NCBI RefSeq assembly: GCF_964355755.1
Contig: NC_092679.1
Coordinates: 4,246,201-4,310,200 of the forward strand
From: Antedon mediterranea
Taxonomy: Eukaryota > Animalia > Echinodermata
DNA length: 64,000 nucleotides
Direction of reading: 5' to 3'
The notes beneath the pieces were generated by a model that did not search any database, had not been told where the DNA came from, and saw only the letters and a program-made list of their open reading frames with translations. The translations under genes and the position numbers were made by a program. Below, piece after piece: positions 9,945-23,931 of this stretch. Positions within the stretch are counted from its first letter, which is position 1, and every line of letters starts with the position of its first letter.

Positions 9945-10517
9945 CAGGATCTCTGTAGTTATGCGATATCCACACGTAATATGACATGTATACTTAGTTG
10001 AGGTGTGGGGATGGCAAGTGAAGTGGAGGGGATTTGTTAGTATGTCAATGTATGTTAATTTTTCAAATTCTATTCAATCTCATGTACATAGTTATCCACA
10101 TGTAATATGACATTAGTCATTTTACTGCAAGATCTCTGTAGAGAGACATTAGTTGGGGGAGAGGTATTAATTTAAGAGAAGATAATTTGTTTAGTCACAA
10201 TTTCATCATGTTTATTTTTTAAGTTCTATTCAGTCTCATGTACATAGTTATACACATGTAATATGACATTAGTTGGGAGGTGGGGTGGCAATTGAAGAGG
10301 AGTGAATTTTATAGTGCGACAACTTCATCAATTAATATGGGGTTTTCAGTTCTATTTCAAACTCATGTACATAGTTATACACATGTAATATGACATTAGT
10401 TGGGAGGTGGGGTGGCAATTGAAGCGGAGTGAATTTTATAGTGCGACAACTTCATCAATTAATATGGGGTTTTCAGTTCTATTTCAAACTCATGTACATA
10501 GTTATCCACATGTAATT
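9945..10517. repeat. About 125-bp degenerate tandem repeat, about 4 copies
   Basis: Recurring ttctatt..ctcatgtacatagttat.cacatgtaatatgacattagttggg. Confidence 0.85.
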
Positions 10518-10724
10518 TATATAACAATCTCTCTGAAAGTTGGTATACTATGTTATATTCCCAGTGCGATAGTTATATGTCTGTAAGCATCTATACCAGC
10601 ATTTGTTTGTTTTGGTAATGTGGGAAAAGGAGTAGGGGTTGAAATTAGTAATTACGCAAATGTCTCAATTATACTATTGATACATAGACAGTACCATTTC
10701 AAAAAAAGCAAAATGGAAGGAATT

Positions 10725-10897
10725 AAGCTCTGTCTACATTATCAAACTTTATGTGACAAAAACAAATGTGATGTGCCCATATATGGACATGATGATGTCA
10801 TATCACTACCACATTTGGGGATATCACTACCATATTTAGGCATAATATGACACCTTTTTTATCAAACTACTGTAGTTTGATAGTGTAGATAGAGCTT
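10725..10897. mobile_element. High-copy MITE family A with internal 21-bp VNTR
   Basis: TIR aagctctgtctacactatcaaact. Other full or partial copies at about 1-48, 7716-7836, 11450-11542, 12819-12990, 14750-14812, 22840-22985, 23412-23581, 37147-37271, 48383-48533 and 50063-50193. Confidence 0.88.
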
Positions 10898-13012
10898 TAG
10901 ACATGAACATTAATAATTTTACTAGGCCTTAACAGCAGTAATGGTGATGGACTCCTGGATACCTATAAAATAATTTAAGAGATAGTTAATGATCAGTTTT
11001 TGAGAATCGATGTACATGTGCTCTTTGCAACCACTCATCAATCGTGTTAAGATTATCTTAATGATCAGATGCGGCAGTACCGTCATTTATCTTAGTCACT
11101 GGTATAATTCGACAAAAAAATTGATGGATTGTGTAAAATAACAATATAGTTAAAGTTATTTTAGTGTTTGTATAGTAGGCCATGTTTGCTGTAAATCATG
11201 CTCTAATGCATAGTCTTTTTAAAACTTTGTGCCAAACTGTGTGATGGATGGGAATGACACATTCTGCTGGAGAGTGATGACTCTTTCTGCCATTAACCAG
11301 AAGATCCCACACCACAGTATTATTATGGCAATCACGGCTATACTTTGAAAAGGAACTACACAACAGAACATAGATAAGGGGAGGGGAATTCTTCCTCCAA
11401 ACCCCTACAGTGCCTTAAAGACACATCTAAAGCTGAATGGTTCAGTTTGTATTTAGGGTTGATATGGTAGTAATGATATCTTCATGTCCATACATGGGCA
11501 CATGACATTTTTCAAACTAGTTTTATAGTGTAGTCAGAGCTTTACATAGCTTAGTTATTGTTACACAAGAATTTGATAAACACTATTTTTCTTGTAATCA
11601 ATCCTTTATATTAAATATATACAAAATGCATTGAAAGTAACTTAAAACGATACCTTATTTACTTTATTTTTACTTCAGTGGTCAAAGATTGTAGACCTAT
11701 TTGCTAGGCGCAAATGGTCAATGTATTTGCCCAAAGTTAATTGTTTTAATTTTTGCTAGCGTGAAATCAATTCTGTACACACATCAATAACCACTAGGTA
11801 ATATCGGGAGCAGCTCTAGAATATCACAGGAGAACGTATTGCAAATACATTTAAAATTCTATAATTCAAACAACAATTTAAATTACTGTATAATGTGCAA
11901 TCAGGTATATGTAGTATGCATGGTTTTATTTTGTATCGACCTCATGGCCAGATGGGTTCGAGTATTACGAACCCACATTTCCATGAAGTGCGCTGTTGAA
12001 GTTGTAAACAGGTCTAAATTGGTTCTGATCATAAACATTTTTTCCCCTATTGTAAAAAAAAATACACCCTTTAAAAATTACTGCGTTTTGTGTTTATGTG
12101 CTTTATCAATTAACAGACTCCATAATATTCTTGTTTGTGTTAACAGCTGTTTAGATACCATAGCATTCAATTTATAATTACTTAGCTGAAATTAACGAAC
12201 AATTAGGGTTTTAATTACTGGATTTGCCAGTCTTGACGACTCGTTTTTTTGTGCGTTTGCTGCTAAATTACTGTTGGAAATTCCCCATATTTTCTTATCC
12301 TCCTATTTATCCTTCGTTACCTTATTCTTTTTTTATCCGTACTCTTTATCTATACCCCACTCTTTACTGTATACCCCATTCTAATATAATCCCTTCCCTA
12401 TCTCCACTTTCACTTCAAATAAAATTGCATGAAATATTGAGTTTTAATTTTGTTTTTCATTTGATAAATTGGTTTCATTTATAAAATCTAAATTTGATCA
12501 TTGCTGATAATTTTATGTGAACAATTAGGATTTCATACTCTTTTTTTTATCAAAGCAAAGCAAACAATAACATAATATTCAAATTGGTACAGTAGTTCTA
12601 AATTCAATTCCCTACATTAATAGTATTTAAAACATTTTTCCTTCTATCAAATAATATAAACTACACTATACATTCTAACAAACATTTGATTCGATCATTT
12701 TACAGTACACACATTCTTTAACATTGTGACTTGTTTTTTTAAATACTGTATGCATTATTTCTCATATTCAGTAGACATACATATTTTTTCATTCATACAA
12801 TTAATTTATATAAACATTGGCTCTTTCTACACTATTAAATTTTATGTGATGTGATGTGCCCAAATATGGTAGTGATATGCACAAATATGGTAGTGATATG
12901 CACAAATATGGTAGTGATATGACATTATGTACATATATTGGCACATCACATTTTTTTGTCACATAAAGTTTGATAGTGTAAACAGAGCCTATGTAATGAA
13001 TGTAACGTACAG

Positions 13013-14185
13013 TCAGAGCCATGTTGATTCTTTACGAAACTGAGTGTTCTTAAAACTGCTGTTTAGACGCAACAGTAAACTAGTTTTTTTAAGCGCATAC
13101 GCAGTCCGTGCTTTCCTGCAGCAGAAACATTTGTAATAACAACATACGATTCTTCTGCAATGTTTCCGAAACGATTTATTTATCATCGAGTACATGACAG
13201 GGTTTAAAAGAGAATTTAAATATGGCAAAAAATACTGTATAAGGTAAAGGATCAACGCCCGACTTGTAGAATCCGATATTCGTTCAACCGCGGTGAAACT
13301 CCAATGTATTTCGAGTACTGCTCGTGGTAACCAACAGATAATGTACACAATAATAACGAGAAAAAGTCGCTTAGCAACTTTTGTCCTTGTATCGTTTATA
13401 AGTCTTTCGCAGCCGAGTTGTCTTCTTGAATGTTTGTTTCTCGTTGATAGCAAATAAAATATTTGTAAATACGCAGCTACAATTATGACAAGCGGGATCC
13501 ACATTGCAACTAATGAATGTAGCATTGCGGTTATGAAGAACAGCGGAAATTCATTCGTTTTCATAAGTGTGCACCGTGGGCCTACAAAGATCTCTAATGA
13601 TGGAGAGGCCACAAGAACCGACATTGCCCATATACCGATAATCATTATTTTTGCTTTTTTCGCATTAATTTTTGTCTCCAGCGGATAGCGAATTGCAAAG
13701 TAACGATCAATAGATATTCCAACTAGAATCCATGACGAGCAGAGTAAAGTTTGGTTCCAAATAAAAAGTGAGACTTGGCATTCCGTGTCTTTGAGAACAC
13801 GGTAAATACTAGTAATTTCCAAGTAAAAGTGTATTGGTATTACTGCGATACAAACAATCAAGTCGGATAACGCCAAACTGCACAGGAAGTAATTCGCGGT
13901 TGACTGCTTTCGATGCCGATTCTTATAATAAACTACCAATACAAGTAAATTACCCAGAATTCCAATTACCATGATGATAAATAAAAGTGATAATTCAATA
14001 TATTGATGGAGTATGCTAGGTCGAAGAAATTGAGAAGATATGGTACTGGGTGACTGTACCGTTGGTGACGGCCATTTTGTGTCCATTTTGTCGGTAATTG
14101 TCCAGCTTTGGTAATTTGTAGTATAGTTTCGGTATGCTGTGTAATCCTGTCCTGTAGTGGTCATTATTTCTAATTTGTTTTGCAT
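13013..14185 (-). CDS. Class A (rhodopsin-like) GPCR, neuropeptide-receptor-like (orexin/CCK/QRFP-type resemblance), nested in PARP1 intron
   Basis: 390 aa with seven hydrophobic segments and GN, LALSD, DRY, CWLP and NPVMY motifs. N-terminal NxT glycosylation site and a C-terminal Cys cluster. Subfamily is by resemblance only. Confidence 0.93.
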   Translation of the reverse strand: MQNKLEIMTTTGQDYTAYRNYTTNYQSWTITDKMDTKWPSPTVQSPSTISSQFLRPSILHQYIELSLLFIIMVIGILGNLLVLVVYYKNRHRKQSTANYFLCSLALSDLIVCIAVIPIHFYLEITSIYRVLKDTECQVSLFIWNQTLLCSSWILVGISIDRYFAIRYPLETKINAKKAKIMIIGIWAMSVLVASPSLEIFVGPRCTLMKTNEFPLFFITAMLHSLVAMWIPLVIIVAAYLQIFYLLSTRNKHSRRQLGCERLINDTRTKVAKRLFLVIIVYIICWLPRAVLEIHWSFTAVERISDSTSRALILYLIQYFLPYLNSLLNPVMYSMINKSFRKHCRRIVCCYYKCFCCRKARTAYALKKTSLLLRLNSSFKNTQFRKESTWL

Positions 14186-15730
14186 TCATCAATTGGTAAA
14201 ATGGTTTTTTGGCTTCAAGAATAGAATTTCTTTTCATTCACATTGTGTTGTTCTTCTGTATCTAAAAAAAAAAATTGAAAATCATTCATCAGTTACTTCT
14301 GACATTATCTCTGTACAAATATGAGAGTATAGTGTGGGGATACTGTAGTTAGAACATGTTATGCGACCTTAGGACTACTTTTCTTGCTTGTTGTGTGGTA
14401 ATTTAATTTGAACCTAACCATGAGTTTATATACAAATACATTAGGCCTACAATTCTATAGGTAATTAATTTTAAGGTTCACTGAATTTAAATTTAAATCT
14501 TAAAATTGGCATGACCAACATTACCCACATGTGCTTTAATAGTCAGATTGCTAAAATCTGTTAATCTATTTAAGTAAAAAAAAAATGGAATTTTACCTGT
14601 TTAATGAAATATTTATGTTATATTTAATAACTTTGACATTGTTGATATATTTTTGTAATAATTTATAAAATTAAAATACACACTAAATTCCTTGTTTTCA
14701 TACAAAGAAAGGAACTTAGATATATCTACAGTATGGTTTATCATTTCTTGGTTTTATATGAGCACATCACATTTTTTTTTTCACATAAAGTTTGATAGTG
14801 TAGACAGAGCTTAATATCACCGTCACAACCCTCACGTCTTTCCCCGTTTTTTTTTTCAAATACTGGACAATACTTTGTTGTCTTAATCACGATTTTCCTG
14901 TAGTAGGCCTACTAAGTAATAGGTTACAGCATAAATGTTGTTACCAAGGAAACAGACATGATAGTACCAAACATCAGAAATGATCATTATGCTACTGTAG
15001 ACAGGGATGCTATGTTTCCAATTGTTTATTATTAATAGATAACAACAGATCCAAATTAGGACTTCTTCTATCTGTACACGTTGAAATATTAGTTCGGTAT
15101 TGTAATACAAATTTACGGTACTTAAGAATTTACCAACACTTGTTGAAAGTTTAGCTTTATTTATGACCATGCGTGTTGAAATTGTAACTTTATTTATGCT
15201 TCTAAGTGTTGAAATGTAATATATTTAGCTGCTGTTTGGTACTACCTCATCCAATACCAGTGATTGATATTCGGTTAAAGACTGTTTATTGTATAGTTCA
15301 AGGAAAAGTTTGTAATGGTGTCATAGTTTTTGTGAAATTGTGATCAAAAGTCAATTTTTTGTATCTTTAAACAACCTCCTTGTGAATAAAACCAATTTAA
15401 AGACAGTCAAGTTTTCCATTGAAGAAATTTGTTTTCCCCATCATCCCTTCATTCAAAATTTAACTTTAATTTAACAGAAAGTAAACCATATTGTTCTCTT
15501 TGTGAAATTTCATTTAACTTCCATTGAGACTGTTATTTGTTTTTTGGCACTTTTCATTTTGAAGAATGTTTTACTTTTAAATTCCCATGCCCTTTGGTTG
15601 TATGACATAAAAAAACTACGGTACTAGGTAAAGATATACTGTACGTCCTTTAATTAGTTACGAGATTTTCTACAATTATCTTTGTGGGTGGTGTTTGAAT
15701 TCCGATGTACTCAACTGTGTAAACAGATTA

Positions 15731-16431
15731 AGGTCGTGTTCGTACGGTGGTTAAAATAAGCGCTTAATTTCACCCATGCCTCGGGTTATAAGTTGAGCGT
15801 TGTTCGTACTTGAAATATTTAACCGCTTATAAATGCTTAATCGACGAATCACAAACCGGAAATTACGTTTTAAGGTCAGTTGTCTTTACAACCTACTACG
15901 ACCCCATTTTCGCACGCTAGTTTCGTGTTGTATATTTTTTACTCGCGATCTTTCTTTACAATAACAATTACTTGCTACCTTTTACACTGCTTATCCTTGC
16001 GACAAACCTTATGCCTCTTAACGCCGATAATCCTGCCGAAATATGCCTTCTCCTGACGACTATTATTTTACTCCTTGACGAAGAATTTGAGCCCAATGTT
16101 ACACGAAACACCACCGACCAGCTAGGCCTACTAAGCGGTCTACACCAACAAGGACAGCACCAGCTGACGATCGCTCTCGAAGCGTGTATGGAAGAGCTTC
16201 GTAGGAGAAATGACGGGCCTAGGCAGCGAACGTTTGTCAAAATTTGACACATTGCCTCTATCGGAGATTTATTATCCTCGAAGGCCGAGTATAATTGGAT
16301 TATCGCTGAAATAACCTGCAAATTTGGTGAACATTTGCCTCAAAATTTTTGTAGCCTGAGGCAAAAGTTAATTGGGTCATGCGAACGGAAATCGGGAATA
16401 AGCTGGTATTTTCAACCCCTACGAACAGGCC
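15731..16431. mobile_element. Harbinger-like non-autonomous DNA transposon
   Basis: Imperfect TIRs ggtcgtgttcgtacggtggttaaaata / tattttcaacccctacgaacaggcc; CpG-rich interior. Superfamily is tentative. Confidence 0.55.
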
Positions 16432-18007
16432 CCAAGACTCAATTCGTAACATAATTACCAAATGTCAGTAAATCCCACAAAATCTATGTTGCAGCCCAAT
16501 TCTCATGTTTCTATAGTAATCCACAGTTGTACTTTGTCTTAGGATTGCTATAAAATAAAATTGAGCTACAATTTTAGTAATGCTTGTCTTCCATAGGCTA
16601 TGCTGCTACAATTTATTCAGATAGGGGAGCTCCAGCAATGCAAGAGGGAGAAGGTTAAAGTTCAGCTCTTCATTGTACTTTCCCTTCTTCCCCTCTATCC
16701 CCAATTTATTTGAAAATTCTTGATCCGCCACCGGATTCCATTCTATGTAGGGCAAAACATCTGACCAATTAACTTACCGTACCTCCCTGATGCAAATTTA
16801 CTTTACAGTATTTATCAAATTATCCTACATGAGATAAATTATGTGTTCCTTAGATAAACAATAATGTTTTTTTTAAATGTTATCAGTATTTTTACTTGCC
16901 TTACACAAAGATTTCAGCAATCACTGTTTACATGAGACCATCTACCTTAATTTCATTAGATTTATTATTTGATTCATTACCTACTGTCACTGAGCTAATT
17001 TTGATACTTCAATTTGCAATGCCCTTCTCTTTAACGATTTAACCCAAGCCTGTTAAGTCGCTCTAAAATCAACATTTTCCCTCGCAAGTTGCGAGTTAAA
17101 ATCACTGACACCATTAAGGGCAGTTAAATCGCGTGTTGTCATACGGTGTGAATACCTTTTGTTACGTGTGTTTAAATCATTATACTTGTTATGCATCATC
17201 CACACGATATTAATTTTGAGTGAGATTGTTAATTAAATGGCAACAAAAGGAAAGATAAATCACTTTTTAAGGTGCAAGTTGACATGTAAATAAATAGAAC
17301 AATAAACTAAAATTATTTTGTTGCTGTTGAGCTAGTAAGCCAACAAAAAGTGTTTTCGTTTACTTAAATCAATTGTAATAGCCAAGTACTACATTAAAAA
17401 ATACAAATTTATAGTACTGTATACGAGTGTAAAGTTGTTGTTAAAAAATGTCACCACCCAAGTTCTAGTCTGAGGAAAAGTCACTATTAGATAATTCTTA
17501 AGAGTGTTGTCGAGACATTATGACATTAAATCAAACATGTCTTTAAAAACACAGCGGTGATGATACTCTATTTGATATAAACTTGACCCTCAAGATAGTA
17601 GGAACAGTACCGGTAGTAAAGTGCTTGAAACTGCCAAAACCAAAACGGAAATCTAAGAATAATATTGTTTATATTTAAGTTTTAGTACAGTCGTTTAAAA
17701 ACTTATTTTTAGGAAAAAATAACAGTATGTTAAGTATGAAATTAGTTGGTCTACTTCAGAAAATCCTAATGAAAATGTTTTCTTTAAAATAGTATCGATG
17801 TTTTCAAAAAGATTTTTGTTCTTTTTTCTATACTTTAAATACCTAAAATTAGTACTGTATCTTGACTTCAATTTTGATTTGGTTTAATCAACTGAATGCT
17901 GTCTATAATTTCCCCAGACTTGCCTACTTTTACAAACGTGATAAAACAGTGTGAACAATAGTCAAACTCATACTCCTTCCTCCGTGTTTAAATTGGTTAA
18001 ATTTATC

Positions 18008-18252
18008 AGTTCAGTGTGAACAAGACTTAACAAATAACACTAGTAGAACAAAAGCTTCTTCTGTTTTGTAGCTGTAACAAAGTTATGTTATTTTATTTTT
18101 AAATGTGGTTATTGTGGTTAAATTCTATCATTTGTAAAGTTCAGTGTGAACAAGACTTAACAATTTACACTAAAGTAAAAACAAAGGCAAATGACTTTTT
18201 CTGTTTTGTAGCTGTAACACAGTTATGTAATTTTATTTTTAAATGTGGTTAT
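18008..18252. repeat. About 130-bp tandem duplication
   Basis: agttcagtgtgaacaagacttaacaa...ctgttttgtagctgtaaca...aaatgtggttatt occurs twice. Confidence 0.85.
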
Positions 18253-18329
18253 TTTATTTTATAGTAGATTTACCAACCTATAAATTAGTAGGTACATTTG
18301 TAGGTAATAGGAAATTTAAACATGGACTG

Positions 18330-18805
18330 CCCTTTTTTATTAGAATTTCAGACAGTCATAATTACAATACTAGGGGATGCAATTTTAATTTTAGAATCCC
18401 AACTATCAAGCCAATGGCACATGTGACCTTTTTTTACAATGCTATTAAAGAATGGAATAATTTACCAATTAACATTAAGGAATCACAAACTGTTTGTTGT
18501 TTTAAAAGTAAAGTTAAAAAGTATCTACAGGAACGTTCACTAGCTCTAGAAACTTTTAAATAAGCGCTTCTTCTTTTTTCGATTGTCCTATTTTGCTGTT
18601 TTTTGTAATTTTTTTATGTTGCATTGTTTGTCTTTTTTGCTGTTCTTTCAAAGGACCTCATTGGAAACAAGTCCGTAGAGGACTTTTATGAGTTATCCTT
18701 GGCATCCTTGTTTTATTTTGGTATTTTTATATTTGCCAATTTTAATTGTATGTCTGTGATATTTTATGTACTGATGCCGAAATAAATCAAATCAAATCAA
18801 ATCAA
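18330..18805 (+). mobile_element. 3' end of CR1-group (L2/Crack-like) LINE
   Basis: HNYNTR...TFFYNAIKEWNNLP..IK......FK.K.K..L C-terminus, then 3' UTR and (ATCAA)n tail. Confidence 0.8.
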
Positions 18806-20552
18806 GATTCTAAATTATTGCATGTTCTTTTTACATATTGATAATATGATAATTCACCTTTTACTACAGTGAGCTGTTGTGTGAAACAAGCCAATTATCT
18901 ATAAGTAGTAGTCATATACTAACTTTGTACTTTATACCAACACCTCTCAAGTACCAAAACAAATATTATTAATCCTCCTGTCCTGAGACTGTCCATTTGA
19001 TAAAGGACTTAAATATTTTTTTCCACATCTGTGTCATCTTTAGCAACGTTTTATTCCATTTGGATACATTTTGTACTTGTGAAATGTCAACATTAGAAAA
19101 AGTGGTTGAATTAGGCAATGTATACACAGCTCTTACAGTTTAATTTGCTACTCTTGGGAAATCAATCAACAATTGCATTTAGAATTTGTGCCGTTCTTAT
19201 TGCAGGTTACAATGTAATTTGAATAGTACACAACAAACACATAATTAATTTCTTTTCATGAAAGTTTTTTTTTAATTGGTACTGTTACTAATTGTGTTTT
19301 TCAATGCAAAAAGATGTAGCTTTAATGCACTCTATATGCCTTTATGCCTTTACTATATAATTATTAATACAAATGTATTTTCCCATTTAAAAACAAATGT
19401 TTCATACTATATGACTGAGTACAATCTCATACTTTAATTTGGTAAATCCATTTACCATAAACCCCACCTTATTATTTTTGGAAAAATAGCACAGCCAGTC
19501 CCCCTGGGCTATACTCATAAATGGTAATGGTATATTTAATCACCTAAAAAAAATTATATTTTAACATGGTTTGCAAAAGACTACACATTCAAAAATGATT
19601 CATACGCTTTTACTTTGGTAAAATCTATTTACCAAAGATCCCACCTCCTAATTGTTTTTACAAAATTTCTATGTGCTATACTTATAAATGGTACATAACC
19701 TAAAAAAAAATACAATATATTTTATCATGGTTTACAAAAGACTACAAATTCACTAAGTTGGTTACTGTTTTGATAAATTACAAAAATTTACTGAAATCCT
19801 AAATTCAATGTAGTTTACCAAATATATTGTTCAACTCTTCCCCTCCCCCCCCCCCCCCAATTATTATTAATTTTAGCTAGATTGATATTCTTAGTATTTT
19901 AAATATTGATAGTACTTACTTCGTAATGATCGTTGCAATTTAAGCGAATATTCCTTGTACGAATAATTTATCTTTCAAAAGTTTGCTAGCATCTTAGTTG
20001 ATATCTTGAAATAAGTAGGATGCTGTATTAAGTGGCTGTAGATAACTGATTTTACAGTACAGTAGCATTAGACGCCTTTAAAGTATTGGTGGACTAGTCT
20101 ATTCTCAAGGAGGTAGGTTTCGCATCTTTATAGGATGAGGTGTTTGATTTATTCAAATTAAAATAACTCATTCTTATATAATAACGTTGCATACATTTGG
20201 AAAAGTTTTATTTCTAAATGTTTGAATATGTATTTCTGTTGTTTTGGTAAATGATTTTATTTTAGAATCTTAATTTTATTTGTGTATTTCGGCCAAGTAT
20301 GCGTTGTTCCTCAAAGGGAATAAAATACTGTTTTTTGAGGTAAGAAGATCCACTATCACACTCAACATAAACAACAAAACAGTTATTGCACAAACAATTA
20401 CAGAAGTAACAGAAATGTATTTAGCGCTAAAAACAGTAGTATAAATCAATTTTTATTTTTTATATCTTGAACAACAAGTTCTTAAAAAGCATATAAATTG
20501 AATGATGATAATGTATTGGTTTTCCTATTTAAACGAAGCAATCTACCCGTAT

Positions 20553-20717
20553 ATTATAAATTCAAAGGCAAATTACTGAAAAAAATGATAATGCTGTGGG
20601 TATTAGATCAGTGGCAGGATCTCAATAAAGATACGAAATAAAATAAGCAAAAGCCTAAAGGCTAAATCAAAACGATAAAGTAAAACAACCAGAAAAATTA
20701 GCAGAGCTTTCAGGCAA
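20553..20717 (-). mobile_element. 3' tail of the same PLE family, truncated inside the hammerhead
   Basis: tataaattcaaaggcaaattactgaaaaaaatgataatgctgtggg...ttagcagagctttcaggcaa matches 3090-3240. Confidence 0.85.
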
Positions 20718-21069
20718 TCTTATCTTTATAATATATCATTTAAAAGGACAATTTTTTATATTTAGTTCATTAACAGTTTCAAATGATTATGTTAATTAGT
20801 AATGTTGTGACACGATACACCGGAAAAGAAAATATTTACTTCCTACCACCAATTCACCCCGCAGTCCTACCGCAATGTTCTTGTTTATTTTCTGTGCTAT
20901 GGCCAATTTCACTTAGCGTTTATAGTTTGTTTTCATCAAATACTTAATTGAAGTAATCTTTAAAGGGAGTGTGTGTAAAGCAACCATACAAACCTCATAG
21001 TTTTATAAGAAGGCCAAACAAAAATGAATGTATAATTTTAATAATGTATTTACATTTATAGGTATAAAA

Positions 21070-21275
21070 TACTTACTTACTTACTTTACCCCTAGTCATT
21101 TGGGAGCTGTTGGGACACCATAGATAATTTATCAACTCTCCTCCATGTGGCCCTGTCATCCTCAATGTCTTATTGTGAGTCAGTTTGGTCCATTTCTTGA
21201 TGTCTTTCCAGTGTTTCTTGGGTCTTCCTCTTTTCCACCCACCTGGTGCAGTGCCTTGCGTGATTGTATACAGTA
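21070..21275 (-). mobile_element. 3' end of RTE-type LINE, degraded
   Basis: QGT..G..KRGRPKK.W.DIK.WT C-terminal motif; (TAAG)n tail. Confidence 0.75.
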
Positions 21276-21394
21276 TCATCAGTAACAGTTTACCAAATAC
21301 CTTTTATTTTTTTTGTTTTTAATATTAATGAGAATGGAAAATCAATTTAGGGAAAAAAAGTTTTTGACTTTTTGAGAAAATTTACTTTTGGGCT

Positions 21395-21395
21395 G

Positions 21396-21429
<34 letters not shown>
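21395..21429. repeat. (CTA)n microsatellite
   Basis: About 11 CTA units. Confidence 0.9.
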
Positions 21430-23248
21430 AGACAGTACATGTTATGTTCAATGGGTAATGCTTAAAAAGATGATAAATGACCGACTAATTGAATATAGGG
21501 CGTGCAATGGTTGTATTTATCTTGAATGATTTTTAACACCTGACTTCTTCCCTTTGTGGCTTCCGCTTTGAACTCCTTGTTGTAAACATCGGTGGTTGCC
21601 TTGGTGGTAATTTGTAGATATTATTGACAGCTATGTTGAAATGATTAGTCATGTTTAAAGATGTATAGTAGAAAGAGGTTCTTTTACATCACAGATGAAC
21701 TTGAAATACAGTATAAAGTTGTGTGTTGTAGCAGCATACTGTTGTTATTCTAAAACAAAATATTATATTGTAATAGTTTTATTTTAATTTTAAAGAGTTA
21801 TTGTCTCTCTAAAAATTTATTTTTTGTTGAATATTCCATATTTTTATCACATGATATTGTTATCCACTTTGACAAAAAATTGGATTGAAAAAACATTTAT
21901 TTACATGAAAAACCTATAATTTAAATAAAAAATGTAAAATTGGGTGACAGCCAATGAGTTTTTGGTTGAATAAATAATTTATTTTGTCATTTTATAAGTG
22001 AAAACATTATTTTGTTTTCCATTTTTTTTTTTTACGGAAGTGATTAACTTTATTAAAAGTGAAAATAACCTATTCAAAGTCTGATTAAACATTTTTTATG
22101 TTTTTAGAGGAAAATACATCTATATATAAATTTCGTTATAGCATCTTTAAAATGTATATTTATTTCATTTGTTTATCCTGCTGTACTATATACAGTAATT
22201 TTAACATTCATTTCCATAAAATGCCATCCAAACTTTTTTTTCCCATCGACAACACACACTTTTTTAAAATGTAAAATAAAACCAGGTCAATGTTTATAGT
22301 GCCACAGAGTCTGTAGTTGGGATGCGTTATTAAAACCATATGTGATATTAATTCATAATGTTGCTTATCAGTATAAACATACACATTAAAAAAAACCATG
22401 ACAAAAAAATGGCACATATCAAAATAAACATTAAAGCATTCTCCTGCGTCCACAATTCTGAAGATAAGAATAAAACTTTTTATTTAATTATAAACAAAGG
22501 CTGAACAACATATGTATGTCAGCAATAGTTAGTAATGTCTATAAACAATGACATTTGGGGCCATATAAACTGTATGATGCCGGTGTACGCTCGCCCAATG
22601 GGATAAACTTTCTTTAAATAACATTGGTATTTAGGTCGTTTTATGAAGTCAAATTATCTGTAATTTCCTTTGAACAAAATCACAGCTACATTCACTCAAA
22701 TAAGCTTTTTTTTTTAATACAGTATGTTGCAAATTTAGTTATTGAGTGGCAAATGACCAGAAGGAATGCCTCTTTATCTATTCATATTTTTGGACTGGTC
22801 AAAGTTAACCCGCAGTGATCCAAAATTACTAACATTGTAAAGCTCTGTCTACACTATCAAACTAGTTTGACAAAACAAGTCTGATGTGCCCAAATATGGT
22901 ATTGATATGACATCATCATGGTGATATATGGATACATCACATTTTTTGTCACATAAAGTTTGATAGTTATGTGTATACAGAGTTTTAGAATCCAATCTTA
23001 TTCCATGTTATTGTTTTATGAATCATTTGCTATTATATCGCATATATCCAATTCTATTGCATATATCCAATTCTATTGCTTTTGAGAAATTTTTTTTTTC
23101 CAATAATTGTCTGCTCATGAACTTCTTTTCTCAAGCAAATGGCACAGACAGTCTGGTGTCATTCTTATGCCTCTGTGTCAGTCCTTTCCCATTACATCAT
23201 ATCACTTTGTCTCATATCTAACTTTTTTCCTCTTTGTTTTTGTTGTAG

Positions 23249-23381
23249 ATCTGGAAGACCAAGCTCATGTTCTTAAGAAGAATAATGTCCTGTACAATGT
23301 AACCTTAAGTATGGTAGACATCACCAGAGGAACCAACTCATACTACAAGATTCAACTACTGGAGAGTGACGACAACAGAAA
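23249..23381 (+). CDS. PARP1: PARP1 exon: WGR domain part 1
   Basis: [41 protein letters not shown]; in phase with the exon ending at 8424. Confidence 0.95.
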
Positions 23382-23931
23382 GTGAGCTATGTGGATGAAA
23401 TGAATAATATCTTTACAGACCCTAAAGTGTGATGTGCCTAAATATGGTAGTGATATGCCCAAATATGGTAGTGATATGCCCAAATATGGTAGTGATATGT
23501 CTAAATATGGTAGTGAAATGACATCATCATGTCCATATATATGGGCACATCATAGAAAGTTTGATAGTGTAGACAAGCCTTTAAAGAATTGTCCTATTGT
23601 CCTCCAAAGATATATGAACAATGAAAATTACTAAAATCAGATTTTGAATAGACCATTTTGTAGTTTTCATAAAGTTAATCACTTCCACATAAGAAAAGGC
23701 AGGGAAAAAAATAATGTTTTCACTTATAAAAAGACAAAACAAAAACCCATTGGCTGGCAACCAATTTTACTATTTCTTTCGGGTAAATCATTTTTTTTTC
23801 CATCCAATTTTTGGTAAAAGTGAAACATCAAAATGGCATATTTAACAAAAAAATGTTTAAAAATTGTAGGGGGACAATATATCCTAATACAGATAATAGC
23901 ATACTATTAATAAGTTTTTTGTGCTTTTCAG

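Noticed and set aside
13013-14185. Higher CpG content of nested GPCR exons as a methylation signature
   Set aside because: Some PARP1 exons are also CpG-rich; the contrast cannot be supported without counts or methylation data.
15968-16321. 117-aa and 91-aa ORFs as a transposase
   Set aside because: They lie inside a TIR element but show no DDE or Myb/SANT motif.
23434-23634. MPKYGSD-repeat peptide ORF (also ISLPYL repeats at 10620 and 12801)
   Set aside because: Translation of the 21-bp VNTR inside MITE family A.
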